Virus record (IMG/VR): IMGVR_UViG_3300005264_000064
Span: 1 to 64,000 of that record
DNA from: a virus
Length of the DNA stretch: 64,000 nt
Strand: one strand, 5' to 3'
In this document: positions 29,601 through 38,840 of the stretch, one piece after another
Numbering within the stretch: the stretch's first letter is position 1
Layout of the letters: each line of letters starts with the position of its first letter
Position numbers and translations under genes: made by a program
Notes under the pieces: model-generated
The model's database searches: none
The model's input: the letters and a program-made list of their open reading frames with translations, nothing else
Told to the model about the DNA's origin: nothing

Positions 29601-31139
29601 CTTATGGGACATATATTTAAAGTGAAGCTTGAAAAAGGTCTTGAGAAGATAACAGAGTATAACAAGGCTGACCTTAGCGCCAGGGGTATTGACGTAAGTA
29701 AGGTGGAAGCGTCTGTTACTGAGCCTAGTATAAAGCAGGTAGAAGAACTTATAGTTGAACTGGACAGACAAGGGTTTACGCCAGTTGTCAAAGTACCGGG
29801 AAGTTCGGTTGGTGACGGCTCTGGTATTGAGCTGATAGACACTAAGGTGGCTAAAGATAGTGATTCTGTACAGGCACCGTTAGCGGAGGGTGCTAAAGAG
29901 GGTAAGAACTCTATGAGCAAGACGGTATCGACTATATTGAAGGAGCCTGCTGTAGTGCACGCGCTAGCAAGTGTAACAGATACTCACTTCAGTGATGGTG
30001 CAGCGATGGCAGAGTTGTTGAAGAGATATGGAGTGACACCGATACATGACGCTGTTATACTAAACGGGGCGATTGCAGATAGAATTTCAGAGCTGTACGG
30101 GGAGAAGAGTTTTACGATTATGATGGCTCATAGCCCTGTGCACAACTATGCGGATAAGTTGAAGCAGATGTCAGACCAGTTGACAGCGGGTGAGATGGAG
30201 GTACTGTTGACTGGGCTTGAAGGCTTGCCTGACGTAGAGAAGGTAATACTCCCGGCTAGGTACGCAGTGATTGATGAGAATGGTATACCCGAATATGGGA
30301 ATACAGTACAGGAAGAGATTGATAAAGAGTCTAAAGTTGATGTTACACCTGCTGAGGATTTACTTGAGCAAATGAGAAGATGGGGATTACTCGTTGCAGA
30401 GAACAAAGATAAGCTACTGGCGCAAGACATCTGGATAAGCCAGTTAGCGGGCACTGTGAACGGCGTGTATGAGTACAAGCGCGGAAGTATTTCACACGGT
30501 CTTACGGAGATCGAAACAGGACTAACGCATACGGAAACTGCTGTTGAGGTGACTCCGGGGGTTGTGTCAAAGAAAGTCCTGCCTGAGAGACTCTTTAAAG
30601 TGATATGGGGACATACTATAAGACAGGCAATTGGCGAGATTACAACGATTAGCGCAGTGGACCGTACACTTGTCAACACGGAACTGAGGAAGGCTGTAAA
30701 TGAGAATCCGGAACTTGCAGAAGATAAGAAGTACTGGAGCAGTAAGAAGGGTCTTGTCAGCGCACTTACAAAGATCTCAGTTATTGTAGGGCAACGAGAA
30801 GGAAAGCTTAGAGAACTTACTGACGGCGACGTAAATGAACTGATACAGCTTCTGCACAGCGCAGCGGGTACGGAGACTCCTGTTGCTATCATTGACCTGT
30901 ATAATGAGTACATCCTACCTAAGTTGAAAGAGAGAGGTCTTGATGACTTAGGAGAGTGGGTGGAGGATGAAGTGGGGAGTACCGATAGAGCAAATAACCA
31001 AGAGGAAGAAGATATAAGCGGTAATGAAGCTGAAGAAGAGTATACTAGTGAAGATAAAGTTGCTGAAGGTATTAGCGGTCTAGACGATCCAGTAGCACAG
31101 CAAATAATAAGAGACAACTTAAATGAATGCGGAGCGTAG
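23610..31139 (+). CDS. Virion-encapsidated single-subunit RNA polymerase (N4 gp50-like)
   Basis: SKNGRFFM..NPQ, motif A YEIDGVTNG, motif B RDFVKYPKMTFDYG, motif C PIHDA. Confidence 0.85.
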   Translation: MVDSFVYMKALMSPKTAVQMLMGATNQHLEERLKNNDGDHANWEEVLAASAGTSVELATDLIASKMTFGIGKGVGAVNKRILGALFGAAEKSSKSMVKTVAVKTMKTIVGAGAVAAEEGLTEAAQEAMGVVIERLHTAGYSDGDIDKMFDEKTMKRIREAGYMGAYIGHGQAVMGKGLNAVGYGAGKGAKGLAEKISNKYKKESGTDKASNKARVAAVKKRLQADLRTRGEYTDTVDLSALPDEGLMGQFKELKVLYQASQQVGDDRLEKEYGKRLKLFTTEVGKRLGDRKGSVEGLIDRPLGNREVAGDFYDEAFDAAAEAIDDGSADYETAKLIHALGGLDAVNIDGINDNVKDMLKQIDGDLADVMTAEFVDKSSQKDTAIGKFVKDSAMDRVESIEKAYRDTSGTIQKLQNKYINVLKKIGKSRVKDGTSTKGAGDTDYSIGLKAVAAGENVEALRDLVGETSDAGVAVKDVIQHLITLHNKEDKNSTVVGKKIKVAEDRLKGLISRAKRVGAKINTSTQRAGYETLVTTVAEIGELRAQVEGTEDAEKRAEASATLGVLEKSLNEQLIGNTLFNKDAVMDKLVSNLKAVKKKQDAIKVLSSKKDLQAFMKAYGRSIKSPKIRKAVNAAIKKMKATDKIGGLSKGVRAAILRAARVKRTEFSKKVKSTESAIRFVGLERYNGNSVKNGALDIIAGALADKEVTVVKSIEKRKETKSRVDELRETVKSQIADDTGLESLTVSGKKRRKVAGNLGTLEKTLESGESTQKELREAYASLEAYKRKLDEEHKEALDSLKEVHEIKADIEENAVGDAFQEMLMSVISEHDGVLSKAAVGSFITRAKATISATERKIELKAQFDAVGMPTVETIDRALELGSIDDEAAELMKEVIASDLDAGEMKVFGELVKFMYSMVPGMDSADVLSDEDVAGVLTSYLESRVDMMSKASKVLGAKSPIKVAVKEEKIAGIHEKTAETIDRFRSTREAVQQDMQAELRKIRTAKTMLSVDRRNKELSRKQKSGLQALLKDAEDNIKKLKKSLMVETGQMVKVINESSLEAAVNDELKKPTGKRNNVGKVVNTIESHNEGGKNHKDVTSALNSIVALTDMVTFSDTMANSIDFEAQEALKALADDVNEVLSEAFYKGTDVDFNVHLYAKNVVQRSLMTLAEGANKSKLEGKDLKFTDTVAFAIHTTAMSVLDTELLGWIGYKDDEQLNKFFGNPEATGELPGSNKAGKLRHAYPLKYAQDHAGKIFAKALGMDFKTAAISDKQRAIIYTQLGHIIITYMKQAGYLKKKDLVYTVEQQNVHRVKGNKITSASAATQNFVVVNDQYKGKNVEKLRALINEGGISDFLDVFMPDREANKKFDTVVVHGKNDTPKNTMIGKNLSVLSQDAISSAENTAYTLNQEKTKEVLAEYDQLTVKEDGTLKDPHMDEAEIVEYVNEGVASKFFTQFGVMTPKEIAGSAMLYSDRNAAYENYSTFVRTLGYLRELDDNIDKTRKDIASVIGGDNVGALPVYTKYFYSKNGRFFMDAANGLNPQTEKELARWLLTPSGTTSQVVTSKEVMTDERNSGVLNAAVGVAQAFGHSIDKSTTTESIAFGTRMLQMNLAELKSMRNRLAAGEDVQVEYGYRAINFVDGSESGVLKKTASIGKEHEVQRQVVLDSLIERAKGSDSLTAPYEIDGVTNGTYFKTAEAPVIEGFESMLSKTGFYTENMKIFGTTFGKLTVKPSSQDVIALTRHVAAGKSDEQIAKELGFAELQMSAAEKKFFNDAYVSIIDGFTVLETADDAMVWVRDRLKNLDKGMVNAGIVAIPQLYGSVRHFMPSAKDRLGMVTKAFRDFVKYPKMTFDYGAAVNNVRKTFVNDITNAVLTNVLTEAQELLESTGDIDRKKYESLLGLLIADAASATDKDIRKAVADAVAGMQKMDIEKAVKMPKMASMDVVKINGKIVSVGKNVTLHGMVSQMVDVLEGNMIKDKLLKDSSALIDYNNTLNTAAKLMGHIFKVKLEKGLEKITEYNKADLSARGIDVSKVEASVTEPSIKQVEELIVELDRQGFTPVVKVPGSSVGDGSGIELIDTKVAKDSDSVQAPLAEGAKEGKNSMSKTVSTILKEPAVVHALASVTDTHFSDGAAMAELLKRYGVTPIHDAVILNGAIADRISELYGEKSFTIMMAHSPVHNYADKLKQMSDQLTAGEMEVLLTGLEGLPDVEKVILPARYAVIDENGIPEYGNTVQEEIDKESKVDVTPAEDLLEQMRRWGLLVAENKDKLLAQDIWISQLAGTVNGVYEYKRGSISHGLTEIETGLTHTETAVEVTPGVVSKKVLPERLFKVIWGHTIRQAIGEITTISAVDRTLVNTELRKAVNENPELAEDKKYWSSKKGLVSALTKISVIVGQREGKLRELTDGDVNELIQLLHSAAGTETPVAIIDLYNEYILPKLKERGLDDLGEWVEDEVGSTDRANNQEEEDISGNEAEEEYTSEDKVAEGISGLDDPVAQQIIRDNLNECGA

Positions 31140-31142
31140 ACA

Positions 31143-34100
31143 ATGGGAGAATGTAAAACACCTGAAGAAGTAAAGAAGTCACTACAAGCTGCGGGGGTCA
31201 AAGGTGACTCCCTCCAGCAGGCAATGATGATAGTGGATAAAGCGAATGTACTGGTAGCGAATGGGGAAGCAACTACGAAGAACATCGCAGCTAAAATAGA
31301 CGATGGTGTCAAAGCGCCATTCGTTAACCTAGGGCTGAAACAGGTTCATGTTAGCCGTGGTAGAGGAGTTGTTACCGCTCGTGTGCTATACAACTCAGAG
31401 AACCAGGATGTAATACTACAACTCAACAAAGAAGAGTACACGTTTGGTGCAGAGGATGATTTTACTAGTAGACCGAGTAAGGCCAGTGGTAGGACTATCA
31501 GAGCCAAAGGAGTAGCAGCCCTCAGGGATGAGGGGTACGGGATGTCTTCGAAGAAGGCAGGTAGTACAGTTGTTACAACTCCTGAAGGTCTTGTGAAGGC
31601 GATAGTTAAAGGAGTGTCACCGATTAACGTGATGACTCGTGCAGGTACCAAGGGGCTTAAAGAGGCCGGGTATGTACTTTCGAGTGGTATTACGTGGAAG
31701 CTTGCGGATGGTACTAGTGAGAAGAAGGAGGCACTTGCTGACAAGGGTGTACCCATTACTCCGCGTACTGAGGTGTATCAATTAGGTGTTGACTTCCTCC
31801 AAAGTGAGAAGAATAAAGCAGTGCAGGTGTTGGTCGATGAAGTTGCTAGAGTTAAAGTTAAAGAATTTAGTAGTGTGTTCGGTGCGATTAGTGACTTAGA
31901 GACTTTCACGGTCGTGAGGCCCGGTGACAAAGAGTTCAGAGCAGAGTGGCAAGTGTTGCAGGACATTAGTCCAGAAGCTGGGGGTGTACTGTACACTCTG
32001 AGTGCTGTCAACAAAGTTGCCCATGCTAATGGCAGTAATGAAAGATTGCCTATGTACGTAAAGGTCGACGGTGTTGCTAGTGAGTTACTGGGGATTGTTG
32101 TGAGAGATGGCAGTATTAAGTACGTCGTAAAGAGCAAAGTGGTTAAGTATGTTGATGGTGGAGCGCTGAGTACCGATGAAACAAAGACTGGGAAAGAGCT
32201 TTCGGGTGGAAATGAGGTGTGGGTACTAAAGCCTAAGAACCTTAAAGACGTCGAAGGCCTTGTAGGTAGTGGTAGTGCGGAGACAGCCGAGTTGGAGAGA
32301 AAAATACAAGAGCAGTTGACGACATCGATGTTCGGGATGAACAATGCACTGAAGCCGGAGGCGTTTAAAGAGCTAGCTAGTAGAAATGCTGTAGAGTTTG
32401 AGAATGATAAGACCGCTGAGGGTATTGTCAATGTCAGTAATAACGGTAAATTAAAAGTATGGGTTTACAGAAAGAACAGCAAGGACAGCGAGGGCAATCA
32501 TAAGTTGGCTGGTGTAGTTGAATCAGAATATGCTGTTGGTGATAAGGTTGTGCTGAGTGATAAGTGGAAGAACGGCGAGATAAGGGTTGATAAGTACAGT
32601 GAAATACTGGAGAGTAACGATGGGGCTCCTGTACTGTTTAACACTAGTAACAGTAAGAAGAAGTGGAAGAAGAGCGGTTTTAAGCAGAGTAAGTATAGGC
32701 ATAAAGATGTAGTGGATAATAATGGGTTAGTGGAGCTGGCTAGGGAGTTGCAGGAGGCGTCAAAGACGGATGTTGGAGTAGAACATCAAGAACACCTCAT
32801 CGAGGTGCTGGGGCGTATTGCTGGGGCACATGTGATGGAAGAGACGGACGTGTACTTGAGTAAGAGTAGTACGAAGAATGGGATGGTTGAAGGGTTCTAC
32901 AACTATGTAGAGAAGAAAGGTATGAAGGCTGGTGTGTACTTGACGGATAGTGGGATGGTTAATACTGACGGTGATATGAGTATGTTGGAGACGTTCGCGC
33001 ATGAAGTAATACATACTATTGAGAAGACGGGGTTGTCTTTGAGTAGTCCTAGAGTGGTGCAGATTAGAAGAGAACTTGAGGCGATGCGTGAGTACATTAT
33101 GGGTAAATACGATTATACTATGTTGCTGGATGACAGCGAGACTGCCAGTAGGAGGGCTAAAAGGAAGGCGAAGGCTACTTGGGAGTACATGGTTAGTGAT
33201 AATGGGCTGCATGAATTTGTGGCACTCGGGTTGACTAACGAGAAGCTTGCGTCGAAGCTGAAAGATGTTTCGTACAAGGACGTGAAAGACGCCGGTGTGA
33301 ACAGCGTATTTGGTAAACTTATGCAGATTTTTGCTAGGACTGTTGAGGCAGTGCTTGCTGTGATTAAAGGTGAGGTGCCGTTAGGGCGTAAAGATAGCTT
33401 TGAGGCGTTGCTACATATGAACATTGAGTTAGGGAAGATATCTAGAAATACTAAGAGGAGCAGTGTAAAGAATAACCTTAACACCTTGAGGAATACGCTT
33501 GATAAAAAAGTAAGTAATGCAATTAGTAAGTTACTGAAATCAGATAAATTGGGTACACTCGGGCTGGAGAGTATAACTAGTAAGCCTAAGTGGTTGAGAC
33601 CTTTCTTCCTTATACCTAAATTGGGTAAGTTACTGGCGTTGGGTGATGTAGGTAAGGGTACGCTGTACTATGCCCTAGACGCTATTGGTCTAGACACTGG
33701 CGGAGCATTCCAGATGTTGTTGAGGAACTTTATTACCCCGGATGACTTGGATAAGACAGTAGAGAAGTTGGGATTGTTGTCCGCTAATGTAGATACACAG
33801 AGATCTCAGATTATTAAGGATATGACAGCGAATGTTAAAGGTGAATTAGGTAAAGATATAACTGATAGGATTGAAGAAGATTTAGGTAGGGTGCTTGTTA
33901 TGGGTGACCTGCAGGCATTACTCGGTAAGTTTACGCCTAAGCAGATTAGTGCCCTTATAACTAACGACAGTAAGCTTGAAGAAGCTACTAAGAAATATAC
34001 AGATGAAGTGTTTAAAGGTGCTGGTAATAGAGGTAACATGGTGTATAACCAAGCTAAAGGCTTGGCGTATTTGATGTATAGCGGTAAAGGGAACGAGGCG

Positions 34101-36338
34101 CAGTTACCGAATGCTAGGGCGATTGTGGACGGTTTCGGTACAGCTGGGCATAAAGTTAATAGAGCTCCTAAGCTGACTAAGAGCGTTGATGTGTTGGTAA
34201 GTTTGAAGGCGTTGAAGATGCTTAAAGAGGATATTGACCCGAGTACCATTATGTATATTGAGAGTAACCCGGATGCGGTTAAGCATGTGTTGTCTGCGAT
34301 GAAGTATCATGAAGAGAACTTCTCTGGGGAGTTATTTAAAGAAGATAACTACAATAGAGTTAAGGGACATGCTGCCGAGGTCGCTAATAGTAACGTTGAG
34401 ATTAGATTTGGGCTGCTTAGTGATGAAAAGAAAATGAAGGCTAAAGGCTTTACGAAAGTTAAAGAGCTGGAGAGTAGGGTTGGTAAGGGTAAGGTAGCCG
34501 TGTACGTAAACAAGTTTCCTACTGACGCGTCGTTTACTAAGCAGGCAATTAGGTTGACTGATACTAGTAGAAGAGGTACAGATATTGAAACTATGTTGAG
34601 TAACAGCTATGATGATGAGACTCAGACGTTGATGATTGATAGTTTTAAGGCTAAGGTTGAACAGCTTACTAGTGATCAGTGGGTGTCGGATAGCACTGTG
34701 TACAGAAAGCTGATTGGTGAAATGGCTAAGAATGTGAAGAAGGACTATGAAGTGAAACGTCGTAAGTTGTTGAAGGCTTACAATGGGGACTCTAAGGCTT
34801 TTGATCGTGAGAGTGTTAACGATGGCTTTATGCCGACGTTTACTAAGGAAGGTAAGGTTGCTACGTATAGATTGCAGATGAACAGAGAGATGAAAGAAGA
34901 CCTGTTGAATTTGGATACTAAGGTTAGTAGGCTAGTTGGGCATACGTTCGGGCAGACTATGGATGTGCTGGAGACTATGAAACAGAATAAGCGTACTATT
35001 GATGTTATTGAAAGGGATATGAGGGCTAACTACAGACTTGGTAGTAAGTTTGGTAAGAACAGATTTAAGTATAAGCTAATAAAACCTATGCAAGCTGCTA
35101 AAGGTGAGGAGATAGGTTATTGGGAGATGCTGCCTTACGCGGCTAAGGAGAGGTTTAAAAAAATCGCATCAGCTCAGTACAAGAAAGCACTTAGAGAGTA
35201 CATGCCTAAAGGGCTACGTAAGGGCTCGGCGGAGTATAACGTGGAGGCTGAGAAGATTAGGGAGAAGTACTACGGGGTACCGATTAGAGAAGATTTGGCT
35301 AGGTATTATCTAGGTGAGAGATCTATGAGTGTTGCTAACACTAGACTGGTGAAGATGTTACCAGCAGCTGTTCAGAAGAATATAGCTAGGGCAGGTGCTG
35401 TGTGGGTTGACATTGTGCAGATTGCTAAGACGAATATTATTGCTAAGCTGCCGCAGGTTGTTGTAGGGAATGGTATATCGAATACTGTGCTGATGGTTCA
35501 GTACGGAGTACCTGTAACGAAAGTAGTGTCGTTACCTGCGAAGGGGGTTAGCGAGTTACACAAGTATAGAGTTAACGTGAAGAAAATTCGTGCTATAAAT
35601 GCAAAGATGACGACTGCGACAGCGAGAGAGAAAAGTAGGTTGACAATTGAAAGAAAGAGATTGGAAAATGAGAATAAGGATAACTCGGCTGAGTATTTGA
35701 TTAGAAATGGTGGATTTTTAGGATTGGTTGAAGAATTGGCAGAAGAGGATAATGCGTACAGAAATCATCTTGTGAATGCGTTTCACGGATTAGTAGGTAA
35801 GATGCCTAATATTGCACAGACGTTGGTTAATTACCTGACGTTGAACAGCAAGACGGCGCCTTTTCAGTTTATGGAGAAAGCGATACAGGAGCATGACTTT
35901 GCGACTGGGTACGCTATATTTATGCACCTCTATGGTCAGAGGTTGCTGGAATTTGAAAAGAGTAAAGGCAGTAGAGCTACGACTGCGGAACAGAATAAAA
36001 TTCGTGATGAAGTATTTATTACTTCAAAAGTGGCGACTGTGCTGTATAGTAAGTTGGATAATAAGTACGTGAAGTACCTGAATGATACTGGTCCGGTGAT
36101 CTTTACTAAATTTGCTGTAGGTGCGAACAGAGTTATTAAGGAACTGACTGAGAAACATCCTGTGAGTGCACTGATGACTATGGGGGTTCAGACAGTACTA
36201 CCTGTCGATGATATGTTAGACCACTCCATCATAGAGACAGACTGGACTAACTTAGTTAACACACCGAGTGACATTCTTGATAGCGCGTTTTACACTATCT
36301 TTGAACTGCCTGATGATATTAAAAGTGCTTTGAGGTAG
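31143..36338 (+). CDS. Large virion protein with HExxH motif, probably equivalent to the N4 vRNAP C-terminal region
   Basis: 1731 aa, TFAHEVIH and LHEFVALGLTN, own RBS 3 nt after the vRNAP stop. Confidence 0.6.
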   Translation: MGECKTPEEVKKSLQAAGVKGDSLQQAMMIVDKANVLVANGEATTKNIAAKIDDGVKAPFVNLGLKQVHVSRGRGVVTARVLYNSENQDVILQLNKEEYTFGAEDDFTSRPSKASGRTIRAKGVAALRDEGYGMSSKKAGSTVVTTPEGLVKAIVKGVSPINVMTRAGTKGLKEAGYVLSSGITWKLADGTSEKKEALADKGVPITPRTEVYQLGVDFLQSEKNKAVQVLVDEVARVKVKEFSSVFGAISDLETFTVVRPGDKEFRAEWQVLQDISPEAGGVLYTLSAVNKVAHANGSNERLPMYVKVDGVASELLGIVVRDGSIKYVVKSKVVKYVDGGALSTDETKTGKELSGGNEVWVLKPKNLKDVEGLVGSGSAETAELERKIQEQLTTSMFGMNNALKPEAFKELASRNAVEFENDKTAEGIVNVSNNGKLKVWVYRKNSKDSEGNHKLAGVVESEYAVGDKVVLSDKWKNGEIRVDKYSEILESNDGAPVLFNTSNSKKKWKKSGFKQSKYRHKDVVDNNGLVELARELQEASKTDVGVEHQEHLIEVLGRIAGAHVMEETDVYLSKSSTKNGMVEGFYNYVEKKGMKAGVYLTDSGMVNTDGDMSMLETFAHEVIHTIEKTGLSLSSPRVVQIRRELEAMREYIMGKYDYTMLLDDSETASRRAKRKAKATWEYMVSDNGLHEFVALGLTNEKLASKLKDVSYKDVKDAGVNSVFGKLMQIFARTVEAVLAVIKGEVPLGRKDSFEALLHMNIELGKISRNTKRSSVKNNLNTLRNTLDKKVSNAISKLLKSDKLGTLGLESITSKPKWLRPFFLIPKLGKLLALGDVGKGTLYYALDAIGLDTGGAFQMLLRNFITPDDLDKTVEKLGLLSANVDTQRSQIIKDMTANVKGELGKDITDRIEEDLGRVLVMGDLQALLGKFTPKQISALITNDSKLEEATKKYTDEVFKGAGNRGNMVYNQAKGLAYLMYSGKGNEAQLPNARAIVDGFGTAGHKVNRAPKLTKSVDVLVSLKALKMLKEDIDPSTIMYIESNPDAVKHVLSAMKYHEENFSGELFKEDNYNRVKGHAAEVANSNVEIRFGLLSDEKKMKAKGFTKVKELESRVGKGKVAVYVNKFPTDASFTKQAIRLTDTSRRGTDIETMLSNSYDDETQTLMIDSFKAKVEQLTSDQWVSDSTVYRKLIGEMAKNVKKDYEVKRRKLLKAYNGDSKAFDRESVNDGFMPTFTKEGKVATYRLQMNREMKEDLLNLDTKVSRLVGHTFGQTMDVLETMKQNKRTIDVIERDMRANYRLGSKFGKNRFKYKLIKPMQAAKGEEIGYWEMLPYAAKERFKKIASAQYKKALREYMPKGLRKGSAEYNVEAEKIREKYYGVPIREDLARYYLGERSMSVANTRLVKMLPAAVQKNIARAGAVWVDIVQIAKTNIIAKLPQVVVGNGISNTVLMVQYGVPVTKVVSLPAKGVSELHKYRVNVKKIRAINAKMTTATAREKSRLTIERKRLENENKDNSAEYLIRNGGFLGLVEELAEEDNAYRNHLVNAFHGLVGKMPNIAQTLVNYLTLNSKTAPFQFMEKAIQEHDFATGYAIFMHLYGQRLLEFEKSKGSRATTAEQNKIRDEVFITSKVATVLYSKLDNKYVKYLNDTGPVIFTKFAVGANRVIKELTEKHPVSALMTMGVQTVLPVDDMLDHSIIETDWTNLVNTPSDILDSAFYTIFELPDDIKSALR

Positions 36339-36351
36339 CTTAGGCTACTTC
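36332..36351. terminator. Hairpin at the convergence of the two transcription arms
   Basis: GAGGTAGC-ttag-GCTACTTC stem overlapping the last + strand stop codon. Confidence 0.35.
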
Positions 36352-36636
36352 TCCGTTGGTGGTATCTTCTTTTTAGGCTTACCTATGGTGAGCTGAAGGA
36401 GTCTATCTAGGTAGCCTGCGAGCTTATCGCTTACAGGCTTCTTTTCTTTTGTTTCTGCAGTTGCCATTAGCGCATCCTTAGATGTCGGGACACAAGTGCT
36501 TGTCTAGCTTCTGCTATTAAGGCACTTGGACTGAATATATCGATTTTTACTGATAGTATGTCGTTAGTCTTTTTGGTATCGCGATATACTTTCTTCAGTA
36601 CTGCTTTAGTTATTTTATACGCTTGTTTTGTCATAA

Positions 36637-37089
36637 TTAGTTCCTTTTATGTAGTAAGGTTTGAAGTTCGGCTTCAGGTCCTACGAAGTCTGCGGGCTTG
36701 TTTAGTTTGCCTGCTGAGTCTGTCTTTTGGCCGAGCTTTGTAAAATTGGCTTTCATTACTATATTGAGAGCCTTCTTTATTGCACGATGATCGAGTCCTA
36801 GCTTGGCCATGGAACCGACAGCGAAGACCACTGCATCACATGCTTTGTCTAAGCGATCGACGTCAGAGAGAGTACCCGAACAACAATTTGTAATGTAGCG
36901 AGAGTGTGACTTAGGGTCTGCGCAGGTTACTGCTGTTGTACCATGTGACAAGTAGCCTAGATTTACTGTGTCAAAACCCTCGAGGGCTTCTTCGATGAGG
37001 AAAGAGGCTTCGAGTTTGTCGTCGTAACCCTTGTTGAGGAGACCCGCTTCTTTATTAAAGCGGATGATTTCTTTGATAGGATCGAGCAT
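36637..37089 (-). CDS. MazG-like/PRA-PH nucleotide pyrophosphohydrolase
   Basis: LIEEALE, DKACDAVVFAVG, ANFTK, KLNKPADF. Start taken at MLDPIKE. Confidence 0.7.
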   Translation of the reverse strand: MLDPIKEIIRFNKEAGLLNKGYDDKLEASFLIEEALEGFDTVNLGYLSHGTTAVTCADPKSHSRYITNCCSGTLSDVDRLDKACDAVVFAVGSMAKLGLDHRAIKKALNIVMKANFTKLGQKTDSAGKLNKPADFVGPEAELQTLLHKRN

Positions 37090-37475
37090 TACGCAACGAC
37101 CCAGTTGTCTGCTAATATGTCCTCTGTGTCCGGTTGCCACGGCAGTAGATTGTCTCCACTAACCATAGTGAAATACGGTTGTGGGTAATACTCCGCGTTG
37201 TCAATTATGACAGCTTCTGTCTGCGTGACTAAGTAAACTGACGCTGCTGCTCCCCATGTTGTACGTCTGATTCTGATGTTGTTGTCGTCGTTTTTCACGA
37301 TGTCGAGGATGTCGGAGAAATCGTAAGTGCCGTCAGTATCTGGTTCGCAGATTGTTTGCTGTCTCATCTGGCTTTCGGCAATTTCTTGAAGTTCCGCGTT
37401 AGCTTTTTCAAGCTCCTCTTGCCTAAGTGCATATTCCATGTACTCCATGAAGTCTAATAGTGTTGGTTGTCTCAT
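37089..37475 (-). CDS. DUF2829/Tad2-like domain protein
   Basis: DFSDIL..RRTTW...VYL...PYFTM...PWQPDTEDILADNW. Confidence 0.6.
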   Translation of the reverse strand: MRQPTLLDFMEYMEYALRQEELEKANAELQEIAESQMRQQTICEPDTDGTYDFSDILDIVKNDDNNIRIRRTTWGAAASVYLVTQTEAVIIDNAEYYPQPYFTMVSGDNLLPWQPDTEDILADNWVVA

Positions 37476-37484
37476 GTGTTTCCT

Positions 37485-38840
37485 TTATGTTAATAAATCT
37501 TTACTAAAGATATTTTCTGACCATTCCGCCATATTACTACGGATAACTTTTGACAAGTTAACAGCGTGTAGGTGGATTAGTGGCTGGGGTTTTGTTGCCT
37601 CGTTCATTAAAACAGAGAGGCCGTTGTTGAATTTGGTGACATACTGGTTATCAATCTGACGTTGAGAGCCTATAATGATTACTTTGCAGTCTTTACCAAT
37701 ACGCGTTAGCATCTTCTGGAGTGAAGCTTTAGATTGACCTTGTACTTCATCTATGATAATGACAGCGTTAGTGAACGTACGTCCTCTGAGGCCGAGGCCT
37801 GTTAGGAGTTGTATGTTGTAACTTTCGTAAGCGTCTGCTATTTTGCTTTGTATCATAGCCTCGTAGCCTGATTGTGAGCCTTTCTTCTTTGAGTACTTAG
37901 CTCGCATAATGTGTTCTAGTGAGTCTTCTACCGGGGTGAAGTACGGGTTGACCTTTTCATCATTACCGGAGCGGAAGCCCATTTCCTCGATTTTTTCAAC
38001 GTCGTCGATTGAGGCCCTGATGTATACTATTGAATCGTAGGGATTGTTGCCTTTGACTAGCCTCATAGCGTTGGAAAGAGTTACCAGGGTTTTACCGGAG
38101 CCCGCTCTTGCCTCGCATATTATAACATCGATGTCTGGGCGTTGTATTGCCCTGCTTAGGAGGAGTTGCTCAGCGCCTATCGGATTAACTTCCTGTTTAC
38201 GTAGTTCAGCCTCAGTTGCACGGCCTATGATTTCGATTACTCCACGGTGGACAATGCCTAGTTTGGTATTGCCTGACGTTAGGTCAGTGAATATGTAATT
38301 GTGGTTTTCTAGAGTGTAGTCTGGGTCTATTTCCGCAATAGCTGCGTTATGCAGATTTGGGAAGAACTCAGAGGGTACATTGAGGTGTTTTGTGAACTTA
38401 TATGTAGTCTGTTCAACTTCTTTTAGGTCAGAGACCTTGAGACCTTTAGCCATTGCTTGTATGCGGCAGGCTACGTCATTTGACATGAACGTTGTGTCGC
38501 AGAAGGAATTGTATGCAGTGGCGATTGAGATTATCTTCTGGTCGTTATTGCTGTTTTCCGGGTACGAGGGTGCTGATACTATCTTGATGGTGACATCGTC
38601 TATGATCAATGTGGCTTCTGTTAGGTTGCCTATGACGTTGTTGATCTTGATGTTAGTGGATTGTGCCAGAAGACGGCCGAATGCTCTTGCTTGATAGCCG
38701 AGTTCGTTTAAGAGTGTCTTCTTGGTATCGAGTTCCTGGACTACGGTCTCAGGAAGAACTATTGTATAGTCCTGCCCTAGTGTGAGGATGTTATTGTGGT
38801 CTAGTAGGATGATGTTTGTGTCGAGGACTAAATGTTTCAT
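37485..38840 (-). CDS. phoH: PIN-PhoH (PhoH2-type) ATPase
   Basis: VLDTNII PIN, AGSGKT Walker A, LRGRTF, IIDEVQ. Confidence 0.9.
   Translation of the reverse strand: MKHLVLDTNIILLDHNNILTLGQDYTIVLPETVVQELDTKKTLLNELGYQARAFGRLLAQSTNIKINNVIGNLTEATLIIDDVTIKIVSAPSYPENSNNDQKIISIATAYNSFCDTTFMSNDVACRIQAMAKGLKVSDLKEVEQTTYKFTKHLNVPSEFFPNLHNAAIAEIDPDYTLENHNYIFTDLTSGNTKLGIVHRGVIEIIGRATEAELRKQEVNPIGAEQLLLSRAIQRPDIDVIICEARAGSGKTLVTLSNAMRLVKGNNPYDSIVYIRASIDDVEKIEEMGFRSGNDEKVNPYFTPVEDSLEHIMRAKYSKKKGSQSGYEAMIQSKIADAYESYNIQLLTGLGLRGRTFTNAVIIIDEVQGQSKASLQKMLTRIGKDCKVIIIGSQRQIDNQYVTKFNNGLSVLMNEATKPQPLIHLHAVNLSKVIRSNMAEWSENIFSKDLLT

Noticed and set aside
30146-31312. 388-aa and many other antisense ORFs within the large virion genes
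   Set aside because: Ser/Leu-rich shadows of the biased sense-strand codon usage, without motifs.
36340-36636. Possible tRNA or ncRNA at the convergence point
   Set aside because: No cloverleaf seen. The region is better explained by two ~55-codon minus-strand ORFs that are too short to characterise.
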